IMG/VR virus record: IMGVR_UViG_3300036770_003728 | Span: 12,244-76,243 of that record | Strand: one strand, 5' to 3' | Source of the DNA: a virus | DNA length: 64,000 bases | Shown here: positions 37,741 to 47,962 of the stretch, one piece after another | Position numbering within the stretch: the first letter of the stretch is position 1 | Layout: each line of letters begins with the position of its first letter | Position numbers and translations under genes: made by a program | Notes under the pieces: generated by a model | What the model saw: the letters and a program-made list of their open reading frames with translations, nothing else | What the model was told of the DNA's origin: nothing | The model's database searches: none

Positions 37741-39608
37741 TATTGTTGATTTAAATTTGGGGAAGAAACAGCTCGCTGGAAACCAAACTTCCTTGCGTCA
37801 TGACTACCAAATGCCATAGATTTATTTTTATTACCACTACTAGGAACATAAGCTACCGCCTTAGTTCCATTAATATCAAGCATTACTTTAGTAAAATTAG
37901 GATCTTTTTCAAATCTCTTATCCAAATCGTACTCTTTAAAATTAACCGCCACCTGCATATTTTCTGCACCCGGAAAACCATCGACATCAACATAAAGATT
38001 CTGACCTCGAACTGTGTGCCCAATAGTCTTAACTTTAACAGCAGGCAACGAGGCATTTGCGGCCATTTTTTGCTGCTGTGCTTGTGCGACAGTCGGAAGC
38101 GGTGTATCTGGCGCAGCTCGTGCATCTCCGCCCATAGCACCTAGAGCTAGTGCTCCACCTAAGGCAGCAGCACCTGCATACTTTTTACCTTTGGCTACCC
38201 AATCACGCCAGCCTGCTTCTAATAACGCTTCAGTGGGCCTAATTCCTTTAGACTCTAGTAAGGCACCAAACTGTCGCTTGAATTCAGCTTCACTTATTTT
38301 TTTTTTAGGTGGAGCTTTTTTATCAGCTACGGCCTTTTTCATTGGCTCTTTACGATCACCATCTTTATCCATGTCTAGAAAATCTGGCTTGCCACCTTTT
38401 TTAGCTTCCGCCACACCTTGCTCTGGCAAATTAGGTTTACGATGTTTTCCATGTGCATTTTTTATACTGCCTTTGAGACTGGTTATTTGATCTCTTGATG
38501 GAAGACCTTTTCTTGGTCCTCTTGATACTGGTTCACCTGTACCTAGGCGGCCAACTCCCTTTTCCAATGGATCTAGGCGATCATATTTGTCACCTACACC
38601 GCCCATTCTACGCTTTTGCCCCGGATCGTTTTCTGGACGCTCAGGAAAATCGTAGCCGTATCCGATGTCGTCATAATCGTCGCTGTCCCCGGGTTCTTGG
38701 GTATACAATTTGTCTTTGTACTTAGGATCACGCCATTTGGCCACTTCCGCTACATCTTTGCTGACTTTAAACTCAGCAAGAGCCTCGGTTAACTGTTTTT
38801 CTAACGCAGCCAACTCTTGGGCTTCACGCATGTTCATGGGATTGTCGCCACCTGAAACCTTAGGGTAACTATTCTTGGGACGATTTAAGTCGTTGCCCTG
38901 TTGCATTTGAACTTCAACACCCTGTACTTCAGGTGCTGGTTCATTAGCATAAGCAGCTTCTTCCATTTCAGCATCATGGCTGGCACTTGCGGGTCCAGCA
39001 ATACCACTGAGCTTGAGTAACTGTGCTAGTTGTTCAGCAGCTTGACCTTGCGCCGTTACGGTTAGACTCTTGCTGCCTGTGCGTGTATCGGTGCTGGCAT
39101 TGATGTTCATGCCCGACTCTTGTTCTTGCTGACCGCCCATCATTGCTTGATCATAGCATTCACCTAGGCGCTCAATGCTTTCATTTTTCTTACTGCGTTT
39201 CCAGCTGGTAGCATAAAGCACTTCCATGCCTTTCTTTTTACCATACTGTTTAATAAACTTGTCTTTGTTGCTCTTAACCCAATCTTCTTGACCAGGTGCA
39301 GCTTTTTCTTTTAATTCGCTTTCTTCGATGGTTTCTTTGTCATCGTCATCTTTTTCTTCGTCCTCAGACTCTTCTAAGTCATCTTCTTTTTCTTCATCTT
39401 TGTCATCGGACTCTTTGACTTGATACTTTTTACCATCGACTTCAAAATCTTTTTTACCGGCGGCTTTGGCTTTGGCTAACTCACCAGAGAACTCATTGCC
39501 TTCTTGAGTATCTTCTTCGTCTACTTTCTTTTCTTTCTTACTACTTTCAGTGAGAGTTTGCTTTTTTTCAAGTTGACTCAACGTGGCTAGTATTTTAGCG
39601 AAATCCAT
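37740..39608 (-). CDS. Charged low-complexity protein, likely internal head/core protein
   Basis: Many [LIV]xE sites, EF-hand-like PDFLDMDKDGD, hydrophobic segment near the C-terminus. Confidence 0.65.
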   Translation of the reverse strand: MDFAKILATLSQLEKKQTLTESSKKEKKVDEEDTQEGNEFSGELAKAKAAGKKDFEVDGKKYQVKESDDKDEEKEDDLEESEDEEKDDDDKETIEESELKEKAAPGQEDWVKSNKDKFIKQYGKKKGMEVLYATSWKRSKKNESIERLGECYDQAMMGGQQEQESGMNINASTDTRTGSKSLTVTAQGQAAEQLAQLLKLSGIAGPASASHDAEMEEAAYANEPAPEVQGVEVQMQQGNDLNRPKNSYPKVSGGDNPMNMREAQELAALEKQLTEALAEFKVSKDVAEVAKWRDPKYKDKLYTQEPGDSDDYDDIGYGYDFPERPENDPGQKRRMGGVGDKYDRLDPLEKGVGRLGTGEPVSRGPRKGLPSRDQITSLKGSIKNAHGKHRKPNLPEQGVAEAKKGGKPDFLDMDKDGDRKEPMKKAVADKKAPPKKKISEAEFKRQFGALLESKGIRPTEALLEAGWRDWVAKGKKYAGAAALGGALALGAMGGDARAAPDTPLPTVAQAQQQKMAANASLPAVKVKTIGHTVRGQNLYVDVDGFPGAENMQVAVNFKEYDLDKRFEKDPNFTKVMLDINGTKAVAYVPSSGNKNKSMAFGSHDARKFGFQRAVSSPNLNQQ

Positions 39609-39609
39609 A

Positions 39610-40191
39610 TTATTTTCCTTTGGGACTTGGTTTAGAAATTTTAGTTGAGCCCACCGGACTCAAACGACCTTGCGGCATGTCAATTGACTTTGAAGTTTCA
39701 CCTTTGGCGGCTATGTCATACTTTCTAGTCAAAGTCTGTAGTTCTTTAAGCATACTGTCAGATCTTTGGTCACCTACTAGGTCTTGTGCGCTTTCTGTTT
39801 CTAGATCAGGATTGGTTAATATGCTGCCATCTTTACCTTTAACTGGTTCAGCTGGACGATATTCATGTAACATTTCTTCGCGGCGAGTACGTACACAAAC
39901 TTGTTTAGCAGCAATGCCTGCATGCTCAGCTACAAGATGTCTAATTTGTTCACCAATGGTAGGATAAGTTAACTGGACTTCGAAGACCTGAACTTCACAT
40001 GGCCCCATTCCTAAGAAATCAGCATGTTCTTGCACAGGTAATCTACGCCCTGCACGTACTTCAACAACTTTGTACATGGCCAGAGCAGACTCAATTTGCT
40101 CACGCAATTTATCAGCTTGACAGTTGGCCACACGAATACTAAATTCGTAGATGGGATTAATGTCAGCAAGATATTCTGTAAATGGCTTCAT
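39610..40191 (-). CDS. Late hypothetical protein
   Basis: MKPFTEYL start; AGGA SD; TAAATA upstream. Confidence 0.75.
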   Translation of the reverse strand: MKPFTEYLADINPIYEFSIRVANCQADKLREQIESALAMYKVVEVRAGRRLPVQEHADFLGMGPCEVQVFEVQLTYPTIGEQIRHLVAEHAGIAAKQVCVRTRREEMLHEYRPAEPVKGKDGSILTNPDLETESAQDLVGDQRSDSMLKELQTLTRKYDIAAKGETSKSIDMPQGRLSPVGSTKISKPSPKGK

Positions 40192-40229
40192 TTATTACAA
40201 TCCTAATATGTTATATTTATATCTTTTGT

Positions 40230-40733
40230 TTACTTTTGTTCTTTGTTAGCTAAGATCTGTTTTAGTAACTCATTGCGATCTACTACAACTGCATGCCCAT
40301 CAATTGCACTAACCGGTGACGACTCAGCTGTTTTAGCTGCTGCCTGATCTAACCGCAGTTTCTTTAATTGTAGGTCAATGGTTTTTAATTTTTTATCTAT
40401 CTTAGCTTGTTTGGCAGTGATAGCATGCCCTAGTAATACTCCAGCAGTCTGTAGTATTTGACCACTGAACCTAGCTTCTACATTCATACCTAAATTCATT
40501 AGTTCTTCAAACTTGTCCCGAGCCATGTCACTTAATTCGTCTAGCTCATCATCGGCGCTGTCTAATTCTCGAACCTGAGGAAGTGCTTGATCTATACGAT
40601 CAACCAATTCTGTAGCACTAGCTAGTTGTTGATTGCGCTCAGCAAATAATTCTTTGGGGTCTATTATCTCAGGTGTGGGTTCGCCCTCTGGCATGTCAGG
40701 CAAATCAAATAGTTCTTCTAGTCGCTTGGTCAT
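40230..40733 (-). CDS. Probable terminase small subunit (T4 gp16-like)
   Basis: 167 aa; helical hairpin plus C-terminal VVVDRNELLK; late promoter; near terL. Confidence 0.5.
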   Translation of the reverse strand: MTKRLEELFDLPDMPEGEPTPEIIDPKELFAERNQQLASATELVDRIDQALPQVRELDSADDELDELSDMARDKFEELMNLGMNVEARFSGQILQTAGVLLGHAITAKQAKIDKKLKTIDLQLKKLRLDQAAAKTAESSPVSAIDGHAVVVDRNELLKQILANKEQK

Positions 40734-40741
40734 ACCACTAT

Positions 40742-41179
40742 TTAGCGACGGCGAGCAGTGTTGGTATAGATTTGGTCTTCTGTTACTACTCTGAAGCGCA
40801 TGCCGTACTGTTTACAAAATTCATTGGCAGCAGCCCATTTAGCTAAATTCAATGCCACCGCAGCACGATCTCTGGTACTACGAGCTTCATCTAAATTTGT
40901 TTCTTTACGTGGCTTAACTTCAATTACTTCTGCATGTTTTTGTTGACTGCGATCTACGTAAACCATCATAAAGTCTGGTACATAGATAGTATTACGTCCT
41001 GTAAATGGATTGCGATAAGGAACCATAAAAGGTTCACTAGCCCATTGTAGCACACTGGGATTATTGTCGCAAAACAACATAAAACTAAATTCCCAACTGC
41101 TACGATAAGTTGGTTCTTTGCGTCCTACATACTTTTCACGATTTTTTACAGTGTACTTGCCTTGGGCATACTTGCTCAT
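40742..41179 (-). CDS. Head-completion nuclease (T4 gp4/TnsA-like)
   Basis: YRSSWE, WASE, YVPDF and IEVKP. Confidence 0.88.
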   Translation of the reverse strand: MSKYAQGKYTVKNREKYVGRKEPTYRSSWEFSFMLFCDNNPSVLQWASEPFMVPYRNPFTGRNTIYVPDFMMVYVDRSQQKHAEVIEVKPRKETNLDEARSTRDRAAVALNLAKWAAANEFCKQYGMRFRVVTEDQIYTNTARRR

Positions 41180-41553
41180 GGCCTAATTAACCTCGACACA
41201 TATTTGCTGGTCCTTGGTTTATTGTGTAAACCAAGAAAGCTACTGCCTACACGATTCAAATTCAAAAACATGGTAATATAAGCCAATGCCTCAGTGTCCT
41301 CTAAATTACGTAGACGTTCTATAATTTGCAAAGGATCCGAATTTTGCACTAAGCTGGTATAGATCACACTACTAGCAAGAAGTTCTGCACTAGCACGATT
41401 ATTAGTGATTTTTTCAAAATAACCAATTACTATTTCGTTATCTGTACCACTAACAACAAATCCAGGTTGATAGTAGTTATTAAAAAATGTCGCTGAACTT
41501 GAGGTAAGATCTGATCTTACACTGGTTTTATTGAGGTTACTGGGTATTGCCAT
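41176..41553 (-). CDS. Hypothetical structural protein
   Basis: Within the tail operon. Confidence 0.7.
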   Translation of the reverse strand: MAIPSNLNKTSVRSDLTSSSATFFNNYYQPGFVVSGTDNEIVIGYFEKITNNRASAELLASSVIYTSLVQNSDPLQIIERLRNLEDTEALAYITMFLNLNRVGSSFLGLHNKPRTSKYVSRLIRP

Positions 41554-41554
41554 A

Positions 41555-43213
41555 TCATCCTACAAAACGTTGGTTACTTACAGCTTGATTAAGTTGCTGT
41601 GTTTGTTCTGCTAATTGCTGACTTTGAGCAGCATATTCTGCTTGATTTTGCGATACAAGAGAGTTAGTCAACGATATTTGTCCTTGTAAATCCTTAATCA
41701 CTGCATTCTTATTGTTTTGCCATTCAGTTAAATTAAAGCCTGGGGGAGGTACCATTGGAGGCGTAGCAGATGCAGCATTAGTTAATCGAGAATTCAAATT
41801 AGACAATTGGTTATTTAGAGCTTGTGTCTGCTGCTGAGTAGTATAAAGTTGTGCACTAGTCTCAGTGACTTGCTGCTGATATATATTAACTAGCTTTTGA
41901 CTTTCTACAGCATTAGTAAAGGTGTTTATAGTTCGATTCTGTACGCCAGTAGGTCTTAATCCAGGTTGATTATTAATTAAATTCAAATCTGCACTGGCCT
42001 GATCAGGAACCACTGCGCCAGGATTAGCAGGTAGTCTAGAATTAACATTAGTCAAAGCTGGTACTGAACGTGCTTGTACATTTTGTGCCGGGCGACGCTG
42101 AGTGCGAGTCCCACCGCTGCCTACATATGGCAAGGATCCTGCGTTACGAATTCCAGTGTACTGACTGCTTACTATGCCATCTACACTAGACAACGTTGGC
42201 ACAGTATATCCTGTACCGTTGTTTTGTTTCATATATTGATTTATGCTGTCAGTAATGACTTCACCTGCGGTTTGTTCAATAAACCCGTTTAATTCACTAA
42301 TAGCAGCACGTTTAACATTCATGTTCCTAGCTGTGTTTGCAGCTCTGGCTGTTTTGAATATGGCACTAAGATAATCTTGCTCATTGATATCTGTTAAAAT
42401 ACTTTGACTCATATCTACTAAACCACCAGGACCAAATACACGATGTGTGCCGCCTGCGGTTACCAATGGGCTAGCTTGTGTATCGTAATGCAGATCAGCG
42501 AAACCCGGAGGGTTTCCAAAAGTCACTGACCCGTCGCTGTATAAAACATTTTCAAATTCTATTACCATATCATGCTGCATGAGATTGGCATCACCACTGG
42601 CTTGATGTTGTCCATGTCTAAACGATTTAATAATAGGATTTAATAAAATGTATTCACTGAATCTTTTTTGATGTAGACTATATAATCTCACACTGCGTAG
42701 ATAAGGTTTATATGTGTCCGAGCGTCTGGTAAAACCAAAATTTCCAGTGGTTTGAGGTCTATACTTGTATTCTTGACTGTAAGTGGCATTACTGTGATCG
42801 CTGTCTCTAAAATAATACCTATAGTAGTCATACCAAAAATTACGAACTACGTTAGCACTGTCATCGTGGAACTGTATGCTAATGCTTTCAAACTTAATTT
42901 TACTTTGAACTAAATTAGGTCTATTGTAACTATTATAAGTTTTAGTTTCAATGTTAAATCTAGGTAAATCTGCTTGCTTGACCATCAAGCCAATTTCGCT
43001 TAGACTATTACGATTAATCATACTGAGATTACCAAGATCAGGATTTATGTCAAAGAAAACATGAAATAGAAATCCTTGCTTGGGTAATAGCCTATAGTTA
43101 CTATCAACAAATAACCTGGTGGCGTGAGCATAATCACGCATGATATCGTCAATGGCTATCTGCTTAAGACTACCAGCAATAGCTTGAATAGCAGGGTCAA
43201 ATATACTAGGCAT
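41555..43213 (-). CDS. Tail-tube-fold baseplate/tube initiator-like protein with C-terminal coiled coil
   Basis: VKQADLP, YNR...I.FHDD and L.NP tube-fold motifs; directly after the tube gene. Confidence 0.65.
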   Translation of the reverse strand: MPSIFDPAIQAIAGSLKQIAIDDIMRDYAHATRLFVDSNYRLLPKQGFLFHVFFDINPDLGNLSMINRNSLSEIGLMVKQADLPRFNIETKTYNSYNRPNLVQSKIKFESISIQFHDDSANVVRNFWYDYYRYYFRDSDHSNATYSQEYKYRPQTTGNFGFTRRSDTYKPYLRSVRLYSLHQKRFSEYILLNPIIKSFRHGQHQASGDANLMQHDMVIEFENVLYSDGSVTFGNPPGFADLHYDTQASPLVTAGGTHRVFGPGGLVDMSQSILTDINEQDYLSAIFKTARAANTARNMNVKRAAISELNGFIEQTAGEVITDSINQYMKQNNGTGYTVPTLSSVDGIVSSQYTGIRNAGSLPYVGSGGTRTQRRPAQNVQARSVPALTNVNSRLPANPGAVVPDQASADLNLINNQPGLRPTGVQNRTINTFTNAVESQKLVNIYQQQVTETSAQLYTTQQQTQALNNQLSNLNSRLTNAASATPPMVPPPGFNLTEWQNNKNAVIKDLQGQISLTNSLVSQNQAEYAAQSQQLAEQTQQLNQAVSNQRFVG

Positions 43214-43241
43214 TAATTGGTCCGTTTATGATATTTATCAT

Positions 43242-43268
43242 AAAAAAAGGGACCCTAAGGTCCCTTTC
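43242..43268 (-). terminator. Rho-independent terminator after the tail tube gene
   Basis: AAAGGGACC-CTAA-GGTCCCTTT with a T tract on the minus strand. Confidence 0.85.
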
Positions 43269-43284
43269 TACTAGGCCAAACTAT

Positions 43285-43911
43285 TTATAGTGTGACGTTA
43301 TCGCCTAGCGTACGACCAACGTCCATACCAACACCAAGTGGTTGGCCTGACTCATTGGTTTGGATAGCATTATCAAAACGCAGTGTAAGCTGAATTGTCA
43401 CTGGGTCATTGTTAGCATAATTTAGTTCCTGATAGTTGGCTTCTTTGATATAGCAACCATACAGCATCCATGTTTCTAATACTGTGGGCTCATACGCACC
43501 GTTACCACCATCTAACATTTCGCAACGTGTAACAAACTTATAATCACTACCAGAACTAGCACTGGCTTGTTCCATAAAGTCAAACTGTTTCTGTAGTTGC
43601 TCACCAACGATACGTGTAACATTGCCACCAGCATCGTCACGTATGGTGCAACTTACATCGCCCCAGGTGTGCTTGCCAGCAATACGAACCACACTGTTAT
43701 AAACATGTAGGTCAGTATCAGCAAAACTCAGTGTTGGACGATTGAAGCTGGCAACTTGTTTAGTTAACTCAACTACGTCTGCACTGACGCCAATGCCTTC
43801 AAAACTCACGCGAAAACGATATTGTAATTTGGGCATTAACAAACCTTGTGTGCTGGCTGTTTGGTTTGTTTTTAGCGGTACTGTAAATCTACTTAGAGAG
43901 GCAAGTGCCAT
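43285..43911 (-). CDS. Tail tube protein (T4 gp19-like)
   Basis: YRFRV, AGKHTW...RDD, W.L.GC and LRFDNA; follows the sheath gene. Confidence 0.85.
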   Translation of the reverse strand: MALASLSRFTVPLKTNQTASTQGLLMPKLQYRFRVSFEGIGVSADVVELTKQVASFNRPTLSFADTDLHVYNSVVRIAGKHTWGDVSCTIRDDAGGNVTRIVGEQLQKQFDFMEQASASSGSDYKFVTRCEMLDGGNGAYEPTVLETWMLYGCYIKEANYQELNYANNDPVTIQLTLRFDNAIQTNESGQPLGVGMDVGRTLGDNVTL

Positions 43912-43987
43912 TTCAATCTCCTAATTCTATAAAGATATTTATCATTTTCGGTCCGAAATTTTCAGGCCATTATATACTAGTTTAATC

Positions 43988-44015
43988 AAAAACAGGCACT
44001 ATAGTGCCTGTTTTT
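43988..44015. terminator. Bidirectional terminator-like hairpin after the sheath gene
   Basis: AAAAACAGGCACTA-TAGTGCCTGTTTTT palindrome. Confidence 0.8.
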
Positions 44016-44033
44016 GTCTACCAGCTAGACCAC

Positions 44034-47000
44034 TTATTGTGTTCCTGCTGTTAATGAACTACCACTGATTGTACCTGGGTTACGTATACGAATCGGTATG
44101 TAAATAAATTCAATTGCACGCATTGGTTCAATTGCTACATCAACATAGAGTTCGTTACGAGCAATACGATCGCTGGTATTGTTGGTTTCGTCGCAAACCA
44201 CAACATAATCATAGATACCACGTTTAGCAATCAAGTCATTGAGTAGACTTTCAACTGCTTGCTTGACTTGGTCTCTGGTGATCTTGTCATTTGGTTCAAA
44301 CAAGAACTGCTGAATCGCACCAGTAAACACACTACGCAAGTAGTTAGTTAATCTAGCTACGTTGATACGATCTAGTGCACTTCCTGATGTATAACGTGTC
44401 TTTTGACCATATGCTACGATACCTGTACCTGGCAGACTAGCGATTGGATTGATGCGGTTTTCATACAGCACATCACGTAGTCCGTTGTTCAGACCAGTTT
44501 TAACAAATACATTGCTAACTGGATCGACATATCCAATGCTGTTGACGTTGTCAATAGCACCACGACGTACACCAGCTGGTGCAAACCATGGATAACTAAC
44601 TTGGTCACTGTACAAGAATGTACGCAACATCATATGGCTAGCAGGAACAGCAATTTCATTACCGTCTAGATCGTTGGTCAATCCTGATGGATAGTAAAGT
44701 CCTAGGTAAGCACTACTGGTCAACGCTTCAGTGTCACTGTGCGTGATAAACTCTGTTGGCTGATTCTTCATTGTCATTGGTGTGTCGCCAATGACAAAAC
44801 CAGTCTGTCCACGATCATTGTTTAGAGCTACTAGATTTTGTGCTAGCTCAGGGTAACCTGGGCAGGTTAGTAGATTAAAGTTATAACCTTCTTCGCGGAT
44901 ATCAGGTACGCTGTCTACTGTGCTCTTAAGTGCTTGTACCACTTCGTTGCGCTGTGCACGACGACCCATGTATGGATGATTGTTTACATCAAACGCCACT
45001 GTACTGATCCATGTACTCTTTTGAGTCATGGTGTTGCCAGGGAAGGCTAGTTCATTAAAGTAATCTTTAACAAATTTCTTCACTGTGTAACCACTGCGAC
45101 GTGTGTTAAACAAAATACTTCCACGTGGATACAGTCTTGCATCTGGACAATCTGGATCAATATGGTTACTGGTTAACATAGCAGCAGTATTAGGCATAGT
45201 CCCAGTGGTTGGGCTTAGTGAACTACCATTGCTCCAACGTGCATCTGCAAACACAATACCGTTTTGTGTAATACGATCTGCATTGTTGATCAATGTCCAG
45301 TCTTGGATTACTTCGTCATAACGCCATAACTTTGGATAGTTTACTAGATCACTACTGTCTAGCCAAATATCTCCGCTGCGTAATGGGTATGAAGGACCAC
45401 CACTTTGGTGTTCTGGTTCTGTTGGACTGATAATTACACCATTGACATCAGTCTTGTCTAGGTCGTAACCGCGAGCATCAGCTGTTAGTGTACGATAACC
45501 TACCCAAGTTGTGCCATTGTTTACCATAATATCCACTGCGGTTGGATCACTGTAGTACCATAGTGTGCCATTTGCAGGATCTTCAGTTGGTGTTACGTCA
45601 CTGTAGGTATAAGGCGCTGCATAAAAGTTACTTAACGTTATACTGTTAGAACTGGCTGGTACTAGTCCAGTGGTTACACCAGGTGTCGCAGTTGAAAATC
45701 CAGCTGTGGTTAATGCACTACCAGTAACATGTGTAAACACTATAATACCACCTAATAGGTGTTTGATAGTGATTGCACCAGTTGATGTTACTTCAGCACT
45801 TAGACCAGGAACATTAGCACCCAACACTGCCTGTACGAAATCAGCAGGAGTAGTTCCACCTAATGCTACCGGACTGCTGGTAGTAAATGGTGTTTGTCCT
45901 GGACGACTTACAGTGATGTTAAAGGTTTCTGTGCCGGCAAATGTAGGGTTGTTTACTGTACCAGTTACACTAGTAATACCTTTAACACGCTGTGTAAAGA
46001 TCTTAAAGCCTACATGGTCTGTGGCTCCGCTTACACCAGTTCTATACACACCTCCACTGGCAAATGGTTGTGTGATATTAGATGGTGCATAGCGTACAAA
46101 TACTGTACCCGAATCGATATTGATACCACCGCTCAGGTCTAGACGATCAAGAGCTTCGTAACCATCCCATAGTGTCGGTGTAGCAAGAGCTCTCCATGAA
46201 TCACTAAAGGCATTGTAACGCTTGTAGTCAATGTTTACACCACTGCCCTCGGCTGTGGTCTTGATCCAAACTGACCCTTTTGGATAACCGTCTGCTGAAC
46301 TAGCAACACGACGGAATGAAGGAATCTGTGTAAACGAACTAAATTGTGCGCTAGCTCTATTATAGGTCTGAGCATTACTGATCCAAACAGCAGGTGTTGT
46401 AGGCGGATTACCGGTCCATGTATAAGTTACACTAGTTCCAGGAATAACCACTTGATCTCCAACATTGGTGCCGGCCACGCCGGGCTCTGGAGGAAGAATG
46501 CCTAGTCTTTGTAAAGGTTTACCAGTGCCATCGTCTAAGATTAATTTGCCATCAGCTGGAGCAAGAGATCCACCACTCTTGGCTGCGGTTGTTACCTTAA
46601 ATTGTAAAAATCCAAATTGGTCTGCACTGACAGCAATACCACTAGCTCCACCAAACCCTGCATCAACAGCAGTTTGAATTGTGCCGGCCAAGCTGGTCAT
46701 ATCTGCTGGGGCAATGGTAATGTTTACTGTAACACCGTTAACAGTAAATGTGCTTGGTACAGTCATACCACTTAGTAGTGTATTACCTGCGCCTGCTGCA
46801 TTTTTACTGCTAACTACTACCGGAATATCATTGGCCCAATCTTCCGAACCTAGACGTACCCATGCATTAGCACTATTCTTAAACCAAACATTAATTATAT
46901 CTGTACCTAAAATAGCAGCATAATCACCTTTTAATCCTACACTTTGTGCAGGCTTAGGATTGTTTGCTACACTAGTATCAATTTGATTAGCCTGCGTTGT

Positions 47001-47510
47001 ATTTTGTAGATCTATTAAAATAACAGACTTGCCCACAAACTGACTGGCAGGTGGACGTATACTAGGATCAAATTCAAATATACCAAAACGGCTAGTACCT
47101 AGGTTGAACCAATTTACACCATTGGCTACTTTACCACGTGGACGAATTACTGTGCCTTCTAGGCTGTCAAGATCAATGTCAGCACGAATAACATAAGCAC
47201 GATTGCCGATTCCCAACGCACTATAAGCGGCCATCAAGCCATATTCGTTCATTTCATCGCCATGCAATGGCGTATCGGCTGCACTGCGACGAAACTTGGG
47301 TAGACCAAATGTAGTCGACAACTCACGCTGACTGGTGATGCCGTAGACTTTGTTGGCATTTACTTTGGTTGTGCCTGAAGCGATTACTCCATTGATTGTT
47401 TTGTTTTGTGCTGTTGCCATTACCACTAATGGTATGGTAGAAACAGCCGATGGTAAGTATTGACTTTCGTCAATTACTGTAAGTTCTACACCTGGTGATA
47501 CTAGTGCCAT
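44034..47510 (-). CDS. Contractile tail sheath protein (T4 gp18-like) with large insertions, 1158 aa
   Basis: MALVSPGVEL N-terminus; PWFAPAG.RRG, RINPI, GQKT, RINVARL, FEPND and EFIYI. Confidence 0.95.
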   Translation of the reverse strand: MALVSPGVELTVIDESQYLPSAVSTIPLVVMATAQNKTINGVIASGTTKVNANKVYGITSQRELSTTFGLPKFRRSAADTPLHGDEMNEYGLMAAYSALGIGNRAYVIRADIDLDSLEGTVIRPRGKVANGVNWFNLGTSRFGIFEFDPSIRPPASQFVGKSVILIDLQNTTQANQIDTSVANNPKPAQSVGLKGDYAAILGTDIINVWFKNSANAWVRLGSEDWANDIPVVVSSKNAAGAGNTLLSGMTVPSTFTVNGVTVNITIAPADMTSLAGTIQTAVDAGFGGASGIAVSADQFGFLQFKVTTAAKSGGSLAPADGKLILDDGTGKPLQRLGILPPEPGVAGTNVGDQVVIPGTSVTYTWTGNPPTTPAVWISNAQTYNRASAQFSSFTQIPSFRRVASSADGYPKGSVWIKTTAEGSGVNIDYKRYNAFSDSWRALATPTLWDGYEALDRLDLSGGINIDSGTVFVRYAPSNITQPFASGGVYRTGVSGATDHVGFKIFTQRVKGITSVTGTVNNPTFAGTETFNITVSRPGQTPFTTSSPVALGGTTPADFVQAVLGANVPGLSAEVTSTGAITIKHLLGGIIVFTHVTGSALTTAGFSTATPGVTTGLVPASSNSITLSNFYAAPYTYSDVTPTEDPANGTLWYYSDPTAVDIMVNNGTTWVGYRTLTADARGYDLDKTDVNGVIISPTEPEHQSGGPSYPLRSGDIWLDSSDLVNYPKLWRYDEVIQDWTLINNADRITQNGIVFADARWSNGSSLSPTTGTMPNTAAMLTSNHIDPDCPDARLYPRGSILFNTRRSGYTVKKFVKDYFNELAFPGNTMTQKSTWISTVAFDVNNHPYMGRRAQRNEVVQALKSTVDSVPDIREEGYNFNLLTCPGYPELAQNLVALNNDRGQTGFVIGDTPMTMKNQPTEFITHSDTEALTSSAYLGLYYPSGLTNDLDGNEIAVPASHMMLRTFLYSDQVSYPWFAPAGVRRGAIDNVNSIGYVDPVSNVFVKTGLNNGLRDVLYENRINPIASLPGTGIVAYGQKTRYTSGSALDRINVARLTNYLRSVFTGAIQQFLFEPNDKITRDQVKQAVESLLNDLIAKRGIYDYVVVCDETNNTSDRIARNELYVDVAIEPMRAIEFIYIPIRIRNPGTISGSSLTAGTQ

Positions 47511-47620
47511 GATTTCTTCCTTATAATAGGTTTCATTACCCTTGCTTGTATTTATTTTATGGGCCCAAATTTACCAGGTTACCAGGTCCTTTCCTAGGTC
47601 CTTTCCAAATAAATATGTTT

Positions 47621-47962
47621 ATGGACAGACCAATGTGCCCAATTTGCCGAAGACATCCTGTTGCGTTGAACTATTACAGGAAAGAACGTGCCTATTATCG
47701 TACGGCCTGCACAGGTTGTATACATCGTAAACGCACTCTTAAGCCCGAACCACCGGCCTGGGTTAAAAGTGGGTATAAGAAAAACGATCGTTGCGACCGC
47801 TGTGGGTATAAGCTACGATATCCTGAACAGAGCAATGTCTATTATGCTGACGGAAATGTTAATAATAACAATTGGCTTAACTTAAAAACTGTTTGTCTTA
47901 ATTGCCAAATCGATGTAGGCAAGACTAGATGGCGTCCTAGCAATTTGACACCAGATTTTTAA
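47621..47962 (+). CDS. Zn-binding degenerate HNH-like protein
   Basis: Four CxxC pairs; VYYADGN...NN..NL..VCLNC; ATG 5 nt after TAAATA. Confidence 0.7.
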   Translation: MDRPMCPICRRHPVALNYYRKERAYYRTACTGCIHRKRTLKPEPPAWVKSGYKKNDRCDRCGYKLRYPEQSNVYYADGNVNNNNWLNLKTVCLNCQIDVGKTRWRPSNLTPDF

